NCBI GenBank assembly: GCA_963813715.1
Contig: CAWFAK010000005.1
Location: 288,001 to 352,000 of the forward strand
Source: an uncultured Planctomycetaceae bacterium
GTDB lineage: Bacteria > Planctomycetota > Planctomycetia > Planctomycetales > Planctomycetaceae
DNA: 64,000 nucleotides
Direction: 5' to 3'
Part shown: positions 11,106 to 21,766 of the stretch, piece after piece
Position numbering within the stretch: the first letter of the stretch is position 1
How the letters are laid out: every line of letters starts with the position of its first letter
Notes under the pieces: model-generated
Told to the model about the DNA's origin: nothing
Database searches by the model: none
Seen by the model: only the letters and a program-made list of their open reading frames with translations
Made by a program: the position numbers and the translations under genes

Positions 11106-12189
11106 TTATTCCCTCGGCCTGGCAGTGACCGTAACACGGAGTTGCTCTACGGTGTGATCGCGGAGGATCCGCAGCTCGACGAAGTCCCCCGAGCGATGGG
11201 CGGCAATCAGCTTCTGCAACCCTTTGAACCCGACGACGGGCTGACCGTTGAGCGCGGTCACCAAGTCACCCGACTGCAATCCGGCGCGATCGGCCGGCGA
11301 TCGTGGATAAATCTCCGTGACCCGGGCTCCCTTGGCGTCGTCGCGCCCGTCGATGCCGATCACGCTGGCCGACTCACCATCGCCTTGTAGGGCACTCCCA
11401 CCGTCGTCAGGCGATCCCAGTCGCGGAGGAAGAGCACGATGGGGACGTGCAGATTCAGGATTGCGCGGCGCCGATGCGGCTGTTGATGCCGATGACGTTG
11501 CCATTAAGATCGAACAGCGGGCCACCCGAGTCGCCACCCAACAGCGGACAATCGGTCTGCAGCATCCCCGCCAGGAATTCCACAACGCGTCCCAGCCGCA
11601 TCACGGGGGCACGGCCTTCCTGGTAGCCGCCGGGATGCCCTGTAGCGACGCACCAGTCGCCCACGCGGAGCGTTTTCATGTCGGAGAGTTTGCATGCGGG
11701 AAACGGTCCGGATTCGGTGATTTGCACTGCGCCGCAATCGCTGCCGGCGTTCACTCCCAGGGCGTGTCCCTCGAGGTGTTTGCCATCGGGCATGACGACG
11801 GTGACCTTGCGACCGGAAGCCGTCAAAACGTGTGCGGCCGTCAGTACCAGGCCGCTCTCGGAGACGATTACGCCGCTCCCCTGGGACTCGCCAACGATCA
11901 GACCGACCGTGCATTGCCGCACATGATCGGCGATGGCCTCGACGCGGGCTTGAATGGCGCGGAGGTCAGCGACATTACGCGGACCGGGCTCGCCCAGACC
12001 GAGCGACGGCTCCGACTGAGCCATTGGAGGAGCGATCCGGGCCGCTTGCGCTGGTCCCGCTTCGGCCGGGCCCACGGTTGCGCCCCAACTGGCGATGACG
12101 CCAAGGACCGTCGCCACAACGAGCCGTCCGAGGGAGCGCTCGAACCGGCGCTGCCGGCGGCCGTTAGGGGCGTGAAACGATCGGCTCAT
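11106..12189 (-). CDS. HtrA-like S1C serine protease with C-terminal PDZ; indels near 11380-11460
   Basis: Triad motifs LTAAHV, SDCGAV and GDSGGP in ORF 11455-12273; PDZ (SPADRAGLQSGDLV) in ORF 11106-11585. Confidence 0.85.
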
Positions 12190-12358
12190 AGGGATCGGCT
12201 CCAATCCCGAACCATACGTCAGCCGGCCGGATCTTGGCAAGACGTTCGATTGAACAGCGGGGCGCCGGTCCACCGGGGCTGGTTTGGCGTGCCCGGTCCG
12301 TGTCCGTTATTCTTGGAGGCGACGGGCGCACAATCGGCCACGCGCGAAAGATCCCCGC

Positions 12359-12913
12359 ATGAACGTGATTCAAACCGACATTCCCGACGTGATCATCTTG
12401 GAGCCGCGCGTGTTTCGCGATCCGCGCGGGTTCTTCAAAGAGACGTTTCAACGGAACCGCTACGCGGAGGCGGGGATCCGCGACGAATTCGTGCAGGATA
12501 ACATTTCGCGCTCGTGCAAAGGGACACTGAGGGGCCTGCATCTTCAGATTCAGCATCCCCAAGCCAAGCTGGTCCAGGCACTGTCGGGACGCATCTTCGA
12601 TGTGGCCGTCGATCTGCGACGAAATTCGCCCACCTTTGGCCGCTGGTTCGGGACGGAGCTCAATGACGACAATCATCGTCAAATGTACATCCCTCAAGGG
12701 TTTGCCCACGGCTTCTGCGTGCTGAGCGAGACCGCCGACCTCTTCTACAAATGCAGCGATTTTTATTATCCCGAGCACGAACGGACGCTGCTCTGGAATG
12801 ATCCACACGTCGGCATCCGCTGGCCACTGGAGACCGATCCCGTGCTTTCGGACAAGGATCGTCGCGGGACTCGGCTCGCCGAGATCGAGTGCTTCGAGAG
12901 ACCGCTGACTTGA
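12359..12913 (+). CDS. rfbC: dTDP-4-dehydrorhamnose 3,5-epimerase
   Basis: DPRGFFKETF, FVQDNISRS, GTLRGLH, IFDVAVDLR and GFAHGF motifs. Confidence 0.95.
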   Translation: MNVIQTDIPDVIILEPRVFRDPRGFFKETFQRNRYAEAGIRDEFVQDNISRSCKGTLRGLHLQIQHPQAKLVQALSGRIFDVAVDLRRNSPTFGRWFGTELNDDNHRQMYIPQGFAHGFCVLSETADLFYKCSDFYYPEHERTLLWNDPHVGIRWPLETDPVLSDKDRRGTRLAEIECFERPLT

Positions 12914-14013
12914 CCGCCTCCGTCGCTTCGGATCGCCCGCTCGTCGCTTTGACGTTGGGGGATATTGCCGGCATCGGCCCCGAGATCGTCTCGCGGGCCT
13001 GCATCAACGCGGAAATTCGGCTTTTGTGCCGGCCGGTGGTCGTGGGCGAGGCGACGATCCTTGAGCGTGCGCTGGCCCTCGTCGGCTCTCCCGCGACCGT
13101 CCGCCGCATTGATGCGCCGCCGCTCGATCGAGCCGATCAAGGCGACGAGCGACACTCTGCCATCCCCTGCTGGAATCCGCTCGACGAGACAGAGTCGGCC
13201 GCGCTGCGAGCGGTGCCGCTCGGCACGCTCGACGCGCGGGCCGGTCGGGCGGCGTATGAGTGGTTGGTCGCCGCCACGCGAGCCGCCCTCGACGGGTCAG
13301 TCGATGCGATCGTGACCGCTCCGCTCAATAAGGCTGCGCTGCATCTGGCCGAGTTGGACTATCCCGGGCACACGGAAATTCTGGCCGACTGTTGCGGCAC
13401 ACCGAACCACGCGATGATGTTGTTTGTCCCTCCGGGCGACATCGTTCGTTCGCCCCGCGGCTTGGGCGTGGCCCACGTCACGTTGCACACGTCCGTGGCC
13501 AGCGTGCCCGGATTGCTTTCGACCCAGGGGATCCTCGAGAAGATTCGACTCGTGAACGACTTTCTGCGACAGGTCCACGTTGAGCAGCCGCGGATTGGGG
13601 TCTGCGCGCTCAATCCCCACGCGGGTGAGGCCGGCCTCTTTGGCGACGAAGAGCAGCGCCTGATCGCACCCGCGGTCGCCCAAGCGGTGGCGGAGGGGGT
13701 GACGGCCACCGGCCCCGTGCCGGCCGACGCCTTGATTCGCCGGGCCATCGGCGGCGAATTCGACGGGGTAGTGGCGATGTACCACGACCAGGGGCACATT
13801 CCCATCAAACTTGTGGCCCGCGACGCGGCCGTTAATATCACGCTGGGACTGCCGATCGTCCGGACCAGTCCGAGTCATGGCACGGCCTTCGACATCGCCG
13901 GCCAAGGACGGGCCAGCGCTGAGGGAATGATGGAGGCGATCCGCGTGGCGGTGGCCCTCGCGCGGCGGCGCTGCCCGGTTCCCCAGATTGGCGAAGCTCC
14001 GCGTGCACGCTAA
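12910..14013 (+). CDS. pdxA: 4-hydroxythreonine-4-phosphate dehydrogenase
   Basis: GDIAGIGPEI, TAPLNK, YPGHTE, LNPHAGE, AMYHDQGH and RTSPSHGTAFDIAG motifs. Confidence 0.93.
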   Translation: MTASVASDRPLVALTLGDIAGIGPEIVSRACINAEIRLLCRPVVVGEATILERALALVGSPATVRRIDAPPLDRADQGDERHSAIPCWNPLDETESAALRAVPLGTLDARAGRAAYEWLVAATRAALDGSVDAIVTAPLNKAALHLAELDYPGHTEILADCCGTPNHAMMLFVPPGDIVRSPRGLGVAHVTLHTSVASVPGLLSTQGILEKIRLVNDFLRQVHVEQPRIGVCALNPHAGEAGLFGDEEQRLIAPAVAQAVAEGVTATGPVPADALIRRAIGGEFDGVVAMYHDQGHIPIKLVARDAAVNITLGLPIVRTSPSHGTAFDIAGQGRASAEGMMEAIRVAVALARRRCPVPQIGEAPRAR

Positions 14014-14645
14014 TTCTGCCACGCTTTATCTCGTCCGCCACGGCGCCACGGACGCAAACTTACAGCGTCCCTACGTGCTGCAGGGGCGAGGCATCGATCT
14101 TTCCTTAAACGCCGTCGGGCGGCAGCAGGCGGAACAAGCGGCCGGCCTGTTGGCGCAACAATCGATCGCGGCGGTCTACGCCAGCCCGATGCGCCGCGCG
14201 GTCGAGACGGCGCAGGCGATCGCCGCCCGCTGCGGCGTCGAAGTCACGCTGCGCGACGAACTGGTCGAGTGCGACGTGGGCCGCTGGGAAGGGCTCAATT
14301 GGGACGGCATTCGCGAGCAGTTTCCGGAAGCCTACGAGAACTTTCAGCGTGATCCTTCGCGGTTTCCGTACTTTGGCGGCGAAACCTACTCCGACGTCGC
14401 CCGGCGGTCCGTTCCCGTCCTCGAGCAACTCTTGGAGCAGCACCGCGGGGAGGAATTCGTCGTCGTCGCGCACAACATTGTCAATCGCGTCTCGGTGGCC
14501 ACGTTCCTCGGCCTCGAGCTGGCCCGCGCCAAGGACGTTCATCAATCCAACTGCGGCGTCAACGTCATCCGCCGCGCGGACGGACGGACGCAATTGGTGA
14601 CGTTGAACTCGAATTTTCATCTGGGAAATGGCGGCGGGCCTGTGA
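14003..14645 (+). CDS. Histidine phosphatase (PGAM) family protein
   Basis: LVRHGAT, SPMRRAVETA, ECDVGRWEG and VVAH motifs; as written it reads in frame into the next gene. Confidence 0.85.
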
Positions 14646-15239
14646 CCATTCGGGCCGTGGTTTACGATCTCGACGGAACGCTGGTTGACTCGGGGCTCGA
14701 TTTCCCTGCTATCCGCCGCGAGATGGCCCTGCCGGAGGGAGTGCCCATCCTCGAGGCGCTCGCCGAGATTCCGCCCGGCGAGCGGCTCGACGACTGCCTG
14801 CGGGTCCTGGATCGCCACGAGTGCGAAGCGGCCGAGCGGGCGACGCTGATGCCGGGAGCGGCCGAACTGGTCGCCAGCCTGGGGGCCCGCGACATTCCGC
14901 AAGGGATCTTCACGCGAAACAGTCGCCGCTGTTCCACGAGGATGCTCGAGCGGGTGGGACTCGAGATTTCGTTGGGTGCTCTGCCGCGAGGACGGTCCTC
15001 CCAAGCCGCATCCGGCCGGCCTGCTGAAACTGTGCGAGATCTGGCGGGTTGACCCGGCCGACGTGCTGTTTGTGGGCGATTATTTGCACGACATCAACGC
15101 GGGGCGGGCCGCCGGTGTCCGCACGGTCCTTTTCGCCCCGGGCGAACTTCCCCAGTATGCCCCGCTTGCCGACTTCTGCATTTCAAGCCTCGCCGAAATC
15201 GAGGCCTTGATCGACCGGCTGAATCTGCCGGATCGCTGA
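14642..15239 (+). CDS. HAD-family hydrolase; frameshift near 14972
   Basis: YDLDGTLVDS, FTRN, then KPHP and FVGDYLHDINAG in a shifted frame. Confidence 0.88.
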
Positions 15240-15590
15240 GGATGGCCAGTGGCGGGAAATCGTAGGCCGGCCGCGGCGCCGCGCGTCTTGCCGGTTGCCT
15301 CAAAGACCGCCGCGGCAAAAACTTCGCCGCTGTCGACCGGCCCGAAAGACGGGGGATCCGCCGACCTGAACGTGCGAAAAGCGGGATAGGCTGAAATTGA
15401 GGCGGTCATTAGAATCCGCCCGCGGCGATTGGCGGAAGAAATTCAGAAGTTGTGTCCGATCCCCTCCTTGCAGCCGTCCGGCTCGCAAGATTGCGATTCC
15501 GCTTTGAAGTTCCCACCGCCTGATTCGTTGCCGGCGTCGTTGCACGCAGGGCGTGCGCGCCTGTCGATCCAAAGAAGGATATGGGCCCGT

Positions 15591-16771
15591 ATGTCGCACC
15601 ATTTGGCCTCTCGACGGCTGCGCCCGCTGCGCGTTTGCGCGCTCGGTCTGGCGGTGGTCTTCATGGCGATCGGCTTGCGGCTTTTTGCACAAGATCGAGA
15701 CGTGGATCCGGACATCGCGCCGGCGCGCGCGTCGCCCGCCCCAGGCTGCCTCGTCCCGAAATGCACGTCGAGCCGGTCGACCCGGAGGTTGAGCACCTGC
15801 TCTTCGAATGGTCGGAGCACACGAAGCGGATCAAAACGCTCGCGGGCAAACACTACCGGTCGACCCGCGATTACCAGTATGGCGTCGAATCGCTCGCCGA
15901 GGGTAAGTTCTTCGTCGAGATGCCCGACAAGGGTCGGATCGACGTTGGTAAGTACACGGCGGAGAGTCCCAAGCCAGGAATTGTGAAGACCTATCCGGCC
16001 CCGAACGGCAAGAATGTCAAACTGACGGTCAAAATGGACCAGAAGCGCGAAAAATGGATTTGCGACGGGCGCGTGGTGCGCGTGGTCGACGATAGCCGCA
16101 GCACTTATGAAGAATTGCCCATTCCCCCGAGCCAGCAGGGGGCGAACATGATTGATGGACCGCTTCCGTTCCTGCTCGGCATGCCCCCGGAAAAGGCGAA
16201 GGCGCGGTATCACTTCAAGATTCTGAAAGACGTTAACGTCGGCCCCGGACACGTCTGGATCGAGGTGACGCCAAAGTCCGCCATGGACGCCGCTGAATGG
16301 GTGCGGGCCTACGTCCTGCTCAACCTCAGTACGTATCTGCCCGACCGCGTCAGCCTGTTCAATCCGGCGGGAACCACTGAGACGGTCTACATCTTTCGCG
16401 ATATCGAAACCAAACGGAGCCTATTGCAGAACGTCTTCGGCGGCGATCCTTTTCGACCGAATCTTTTTGGCTACAAACGCGAGGTCCATGCACCGCCAGC
16501 AGGCGACCCCACGAAATTCGTGGAATCGCCCGGCCGGCCGATGCCCCACTTTATCGGCGACTCGAGCGACGAGGCATTGCGGAAGACCAAGCAACTCAAG
16601 GACGAGCGCTACCGCGTTGAATTTAAACGCGGCCCCCGTGCGTCTTCGCAAGAGCAGGAGTTCCACATCGAAGCCCAAGATCCGCCGCCGGAGACACCGC
16701 TCAGGCAGGGGCAGACCATTGTGCTGAGATATTACGACAAAGTTCGGCCGGGCGATCAACAGCAGCGATGA
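15591..16771 (+). CDS. Exported TIGR03009-like/LolA-like protein with C-terminal PASTA-like domain; frameshift near 15700-15760
   Basis: Signal-like N-terminus in one frame; LLFEWSEHTKRIKTL, WICDG and GPLPFLLGM in the other; C-terminal MPHFIG...AQDPPPETPLRQGQTIVL. Confidence 0.7.
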
Positions 16772-16847
16772 GCGTCGAGGCGTCGCGCTTGTGATCGCGC
16801 ACGTCCGCACGGTAGTCTAGCGCTCTCCCTGGGGAAGGCGCACGTGC

Positions 16848-17444
16848 ATGGGCGATCCGACCGACAGACTGTCCGCGTCCACGTCGCCGCCGGAACCTCC
16901 TTCCGCAGTGACCGTCCCGCCAGAGCCGACTCCCAAAGCTTCTCCGGCTCCTCCGACTTCGCGGCCACCCGCCGGCCCGCCGATCGACGAAACCGTCGAA
17001 TCGCATTTCTGGCTCACACGCAGCGATCAGCTCATCTTTGGACTGCTGTCGCTTGTGGCGATCGTGCTTCTGATCGTGCACTGGATTCGTTTGAGTCATT
17101 GGGGCACTCAAACCGTCGAGATCGAGCGGCTGCCTGCCCGCCAGGCCGAGTTTCGGCTCGACGCCAACGCAGCGACCTGGGTCGAGTGGAGCCAGATTCA
17201 GGGCATTGGCGATGGACTCGCGCGACGGATCGTGGCCGATCGCGAGCAAAACGGTCCCTTCAGCTCCGTCGACGACCTCGGCCGCGTGAAAGGCATTGGC
17301 CCCAAGACGCTGGAGCATCTGCGACCGTGGGTGCGCGTCGACGGCGAGCCGGCGCCGACTGAGCCGCCACCAAAGCGGAAGCGATCCCGGTCGCGCACGA
17401 AGGCCACGCCCAAGCCGGCGGAAAGCGACGCGTCGGCCGAGTGA
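16848..17444 (+). CDS. ComEA-family helix-hairpin-helix DNA-binding membrane protein
   Basis: TM helix, LDANAA, IQGIGDGLARRIV and GPFSSVDDLGRVKGIGPKTL. Confidence 0.9.
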   Translation: MGDPTDRLSASTSPPEPPSAVTVPPEPTPKASPAPPTSRPPAGPPIDETVESHFWLTRSDQLIFGLLSLVAIVLLIVHWIRLSHWGTQTVEIERLPARQAEFRLDANAATWVEWSQIQGIGDGLARRIVADREQNGPFSSVDDLGRVKGIGPKTLEHLRPWVRVDGEPAPTEPPPKRKRSRSRTKATPKPAESDASAE

Positions 17445-17654
17445 CAGATCGCCAATGTGAGTCTGGCGGCGGGGACAAGATCGCGCTTACGGGCATCGGA
17501 TTTGCCGCCGTTTCTTTCCCGCACGGCCCTGCAGATGCCCTTGATCGACCTCCGCAGGTGCACTAACATCCCGCGCCCTCGCAGTTTGCAGATTTGAAAT
17601 CTCCGCCGAGTGGCTCTGCTCGAGCGTCGCTCGTTGCCGTGCAAGGATGCAATC

Positions 17655-19823
17655 ATGGATGCCGGCCGTCCCGGTGCGCACCGACTCCGTTTCGATTTTC
17701 CCGAATCCCCGATTATGTCTTCCGGGCCCACGTTCGACCCGGGAGTCATGGAAATCATGGGATGCCAGGAGGAACGGCTCGTCGAAGCGGTCGCCCGCAC
17801 GCGCGACCATCTTCTGTCCGTGCAGCACGAGGACGGGTATTGGGTCGGCGAGCTGGAAGGGGACACGATTCTCGAGTCGGAATACATTCTGCTCTTGGCT
17901 TATCTCGGTCGCGAACACTCCGACGTCGCCCGCAAAGCGGCCAATTACATTCTGAAGCAGCAACTGCCCAGCGGCGGCTGGGCCGTCTACGCGGGCGGAC
18001 CGCTCGAAATCAGCGCGTCCGTCAAAGCCTATTTCGCGCTGAAAGTCACCGGTCATCGGCCCGATGAGCCCGACATGGTGCGGGCTCGCCAAGCCATCCT
18101 CGCCGCCGGCGGCGCGGAGAAGATCAACAGCTTCACGCGGTACTACCTGGCCCTGTTGGGAATTCTCAGCTACGCGCAGTGCCCGGCCGTCCCGCCCGAA
18201 GTGATCCTCTTGCCCAAGTGGATGCCGTTCAACATCTACGAGATGTCGGCCTGGTCGCGGACGATCCTGATTCCGCTCTCGATCCTGTGGGCGTATAAGC
18301 CGTGTCGAAAACTGCCCGCCGACCTGGGCATTAGCGAGCTGTTTCGGACCCGGCCCGAAGATTTGCCCGTGACGATGCCGCGGTCCGAGCAAGTCGATCA
18401 GATCCGCAAGCCGACACGAATCGACTGGCACCGCTTCTTCGCTCACTGCGACCGCACGCTGAAAACGATCGATCGCTTCCGGCTGACTCCGCTGCGCTCG
18501 ATTGCCGTTCGCCGTGCAGAGCGGTGGATGTGCGACCGCTTTGCCGGCAGCGACGGATTGGGCGCGATCTTTCCGCCCATCATCTGGAGCATTGTCGCCC
18601 TCAAGTGCCTGGGACATGCAGAAGACTCACAAGTGGTGCAAAGCGCGCTGCACGAGCTCGAAAAGCTGTCGATCGAAGAGGGAGACACGATCCGTCTGCA
18701 GCCCTGCAAATCTCCGATCTGGGACACGGCCATCTCGGTGATCGCGCTGCGTGACGCGGGGGTGTCGGCTGATCATCCGGCGATTCGACGGGCTGTGCAG
18801 TGGCTGCTCGCGAACGAGATTCGCCGCGAGGGGGATTGGGCGCAGCGGAATCGGAAGATCGACCCGAGCGGATGGGCGTTCGAGTTCAACAACGAGTTTT
18901 ATCCCGACGTCGACGACACATGCATGGTGCTGATGGCGCTCTGCCGTTCGCTCCCCAGCATCGGCAGCCGCAACTGGCGGGCCGATTTTCTGCTGGGCAA
19001 TTGGAGCCCGCATCCGAATGACAAGGATGCCGCCGCCATCGTTTCAGCGCGGGGTCAATCGTCCGCCCAGGCGTTTCAGCAGGTCGAGGCGGCCGCGCCG
19101 CAGCTCAACGCCATCTGGCGGGGCACGCGCTGGCTGTTCGGGATGCAGGGACGCGACGGCGGCTTCGGCGCCTTCGATCCCGATAACACGCGTGAGATCT
19201 TCACGCAGGTCCCCTTCGCCGACCACAACGCGATGATCGACCCCAGCACGGCGGACCTGACGGGACGCATGCTCGAATTGTGCGGCGACCTGAAGATCGG
19301 CAAGGATCATCCGGCCATCCGCCGCGCGATCGAGTTCGTTTGGAACACTCAGGAGGCCGATCATGCGTGGTACGGCCGCTGGGGTGTCAACTACATCTAC
19401 GGCACGTGGCAGGCGCTGATGGGGCTGGCAGCGATCGGCGTGCCCACGCATGACGCCCGCATTCGGCTGGCGGCCGACTGGCTGCGAACCAAACAACAGG
19501 GCGACGGCGGCTGGGGCGAGACGCCGCGGAGCTACGACGAGCCGAAGCTGCGGGGCGTCGGGCCGACCACGGCCTCGCAAACGGCCTGGGCGCTAATGGG
19601 GCTGATGGCGGCCGGCGACGTCGAGCGCGAATCGGTCCGCCGCGGCGTCGACTACCTGCTTGACGCGCAGAATACCGACGGTACCTGGGACGAACCTTGG
19701 TGGACGGGCACCGGTTTCCCGAAGGTGTTCTACCTGCGGTACCACCTCTACCCGGTTTACTTCCCGCTGATGGCGCTGGCCCGCTACGCGCGGCTGGCGT
19801 CACGCGAAGAGACGGTTCGCTAA
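17655..19823 (+). CDS. shc: Squalene-hopene cyclase
   Basis: QW repeats, QPCKSPIWDT, GWAFEFNNEFYPDVDDT, WYGRWGVNYIYGTW and GTGFPKVFYLRYHLY motifs. Confidence 0.95.
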   Translation: MDAGRPGAHRLRFDFPESPIMSSGPTFDPGVMEIMGCQEERLVEAVARTRDHLLSVQHEDGYWVGELEGDTILESEYILLLAYLGREHSDVARKAANYILKQQLPSGGWAVYAGGPLEISASVKAYFALKVTGHRPDEPDMVRARQAILAAGGAEKINSFTRYYLALLGILSYAQCPAVPPEVILLPKWMPFNIYEMSAWSRTILIPLSILWAYKPCRKLPADLGISELFRTRPEDLPVTMPRSEQVDQIRKPTRIDWHRFFAHCDRTLKTIDRFRLTPLRSIAVRRAERWMCDRFAGSDGLGAIFPPIIWSIVALKCLGHAEDSQVVQSALHELEKLSIEEGDTIRLQPCKSPIWDTAISVIALRDAGVSADHPAIRRAVQWLLANEIRREGDWAQRNRKIDPSGWAFEFNNEFYPDVDDTCMVLMALCRSLPSIGSRNWRADFLLGNWSPHPNDKDAAAIVSARGQSSAQAFQQVEAAAPQLNAIWRGTRWLFGMQGRDGGFGAFDPDNTREIFTQVPFADHNAMIDPSTADLTGRMLELCGDLKIGKDHPAIRRAIEFVWNTQEADHAWYGRWGVNYIYGTWQALMGLAAIGVPTHDARIRLAADWLRTKQQGDGGWGETPRSYDEPKLRGVGPTTASQTAWALMGLMAAGDVERESVRRGVDYLLDAQNTDGTWDEPWWTGTGFPKVFYLRYHLYPVYFPLMALARYARLASREETVR

Positions 19824-19842
19824 AGAGCCGCGGAATTGCTGT

Positions 19843-20679
19843 TCACTTCTTGGGGCCGTGCAGCCCCATCTCCCGCAGCAGCTTGAGCACGGTTTCGGGA
19901 TTGTCGGTCTGGATCGCGTCGACGCCCATCTCGACCGCGTGTTTGATGCCGGCCGGGTTATCGAGATTTCGCTCGTTGTCCACCCAGACCTGACAGCCCG
20001 CTTTGTGGGCCGCTTCGACCTCCGGCACCGTCCACTCCGTGATCGAGCCATCGAGCGTTTCCGGCTTGAGGCTTTTGGCCAAGGCTTCGATCGCCTCGCT
20101 CGAGCGAGGATGACCCGGCATGATCCATACGCTCGGCGCTAGCCGCTTGTACTCGCGCAGCGTGGCGGGCGACCCGTTGTAGACCACCACGTCTTTCAGC
20201 ATGCCGTGCTTTTCGATGAGCGCGAGAACTTCCGCCGGCGGAGCTTTCTTGTGATCGACGTAGAGTCTCATCCGACCCTTGGCGTGCTCGAGGATCTCGT
20301 CGAAGGTCGGGATCTTTTGCCCGCCCGGCGCGAGGGACCGGCCGCGGATGTCGAACTTATGAATCTCGTCGTAGGTCAGGTCTTCGATTTTCCCTTTGCC
20401 GTTGGTCATGCGGTTGATGCTCGCGTCGTGCATCAGGATGAGCACCCCGTCCTTCGTTCGTCGCACATCGAGCTCGACATAGTCGACGCCCAGCTCGATC
20501 GCCTTTTCGAGCGAAGCGATCGTATTTTCCGGGACCGTTTTATGAGCACCGCGATGGGCGATGACGAGAACCGTTTTGTGCGTCGGCCCGTCCGCGGCAA
20601 ATGCCGTTCGCGTGGGGCTAGCCGTCGGCACCCCGAGCACAGCCAGCGTGAGGGTTGTCGCGACGAGATTCCGGATCAT
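19843..20679 (-). CDS. Glycerophosphodiester phosphodiesterase family protein, secreted
   Basis: IAHRGA, PENT, ELDVRRTKDG, MHD and GVDAIQTDNP motifs; signal peptide. Confidence 0.92.
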   Translation of the reverse strand: MIRNLVATTLTLAVLGVPTASPTRTAFAADGPTHKTVLVIAHRGAHKTVPENTIASLEKAIELGVDYVELDVRRTKDGVLILMHDASINRMTNGKGKIEDLTYDEIHKFDIRGRSLAPGGQKIPTFDEILEHAKGRMRLYVDHKKAPPAEVLALIEKHGMLKDVVVYNGSPATLREYKRLAPSVWIMPGHPRSSEAIEALAKSLKPETLDGSITEWTVPEVEAAHKAGCQVWVDNERNLDNPAGIKHAVEMGVDAIQTDNPETVLKLLREMGLHGPKK

Positions 20680-20753
20680 TGGCGGGCTCCGTTCGACTGT
20701 CCTGGTGTAATTCTTGGCGTGTGATTCTTGGTTGGTTGGTTGCGGCAGCCGGC

Positions 20754-21536
20754 TCAAAACTCGGCAGCACAGTCCTTGTAAACGATCAGGCCGTCGACTC
20801 GCAGGATGGTTCCGGTGATGTAGTCGGCCTCGTCCGAGCAGAGGAACGCGGCCGCGCGGCCGATGTCTTCGATGGTGCCGATACGCCCCCAGGGCAGCTT
20901 TTGGCCCTCCGCGCGAATTACGTCCTCGCCGAACACGGCTCGTTCCCCCGGCGTGTCGATCCAGCCGGGCTCGATGGCGTTGACGTTGATGCGATGCCGC
21001 GCCAACTCGACGGCGATTGTGCGGCACAGATGGTTGAGTCCCGCCTTACCGGCGTTGTAGGCCGCATTTCGCGCGTAGGGCACCGGGGCATGGACGCTGG
21101 AAATGAACAGAATCTTCCCTCCAGCCCCGCGCTCGACCAGGTGCCGCGCGACCAACTGGCTCACATGAAACGCGCTGATCAACACGCCGCGAATGATCAG
21201 CTCGAACTCGTCCGGATCGTAGCTGAGGAAGTCGCTCCGATTGTTGTAGGCCGGGTTGCTCACCAGGAGATCGACTCGCCCGGCTGCTGCGAGCGAGGAG
21301 GCGACGAGCCGCTCGCAGTCGCGGCGGCTGAAGACGTCGGCCTCGACGGTCGAACACGAACGGCCCAGCGAGCAAATTTCGGCCGCCGTCCGCGCCAGAT
21401 CGGGACTGCCGGGCCGATCGTTGATGATCAAATCCGCCCCGCTTCGCGCCAGCTCGAGCGCGCAGCCCTTGCCGATGCCGCGGCCGGCACCGGTGACGAG
21501 GGCAATTTTTCCAGCTAGCCGCTGGGCGGTGTCCAC
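20754..21536 (-). CDS. SDR-family NAD(P)-dependent oxidoreductase
   Basis: TGAGRGIG, YNAGK and NAIEPGWIDT motifs. Confidence 0.93.
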   Translation of the reverse strand: MDTAQRLAGKIALVTGAGRGIGKGCALELARSGADLIINDRPGSPDLARTAAEICSLGRSCSTVEADVFSRRDCERLVASSLAAAGRVDLLVSNPAYNNRSDFLSYDPDEFELIIRGVLISAFHVSQLVARHLVERGAGGKILFISSVHAPVPYARNAAYNAGKAGLNHLCRTIAVELARHRINVNAIEPGWIDTPGERAVFGEDVIRAEGQKLPWGRIGTIEDIGRAAAFLCSDEADYITGTILRVDGLIVYKDCAAEF

Positions 21537-21766
21537 GGCAACCCTTCGTAAAGTCGAGCGAGCGCACGAGTGACGAGCAGTGGGGCGCTGCGTGAGTGGA
21601 CCGAGTTTACAGTCGGCGGAGGCAGCCTGAAAGCACGCTGCGCACGACACGTGCGAACGCTGCCGCGTGCTTGCTGCGCGCTGCGTCAACCGATAGGCTG
21701 GAATTCCCCGGCGTCCCCCCGACGCCTTCTGTTAGCAGCAAGCTCAAGCCCCTCGGAAACCCTTCC

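Noticed and set aside
14003..15239. Apparent histidine-phosphatase/HAD fusion protein
   Set aside because: The HAD start sits in a GTGA (14642-14645), the classic start/stop overlap; one indel just upstream would restore two genes, and indels are common here.
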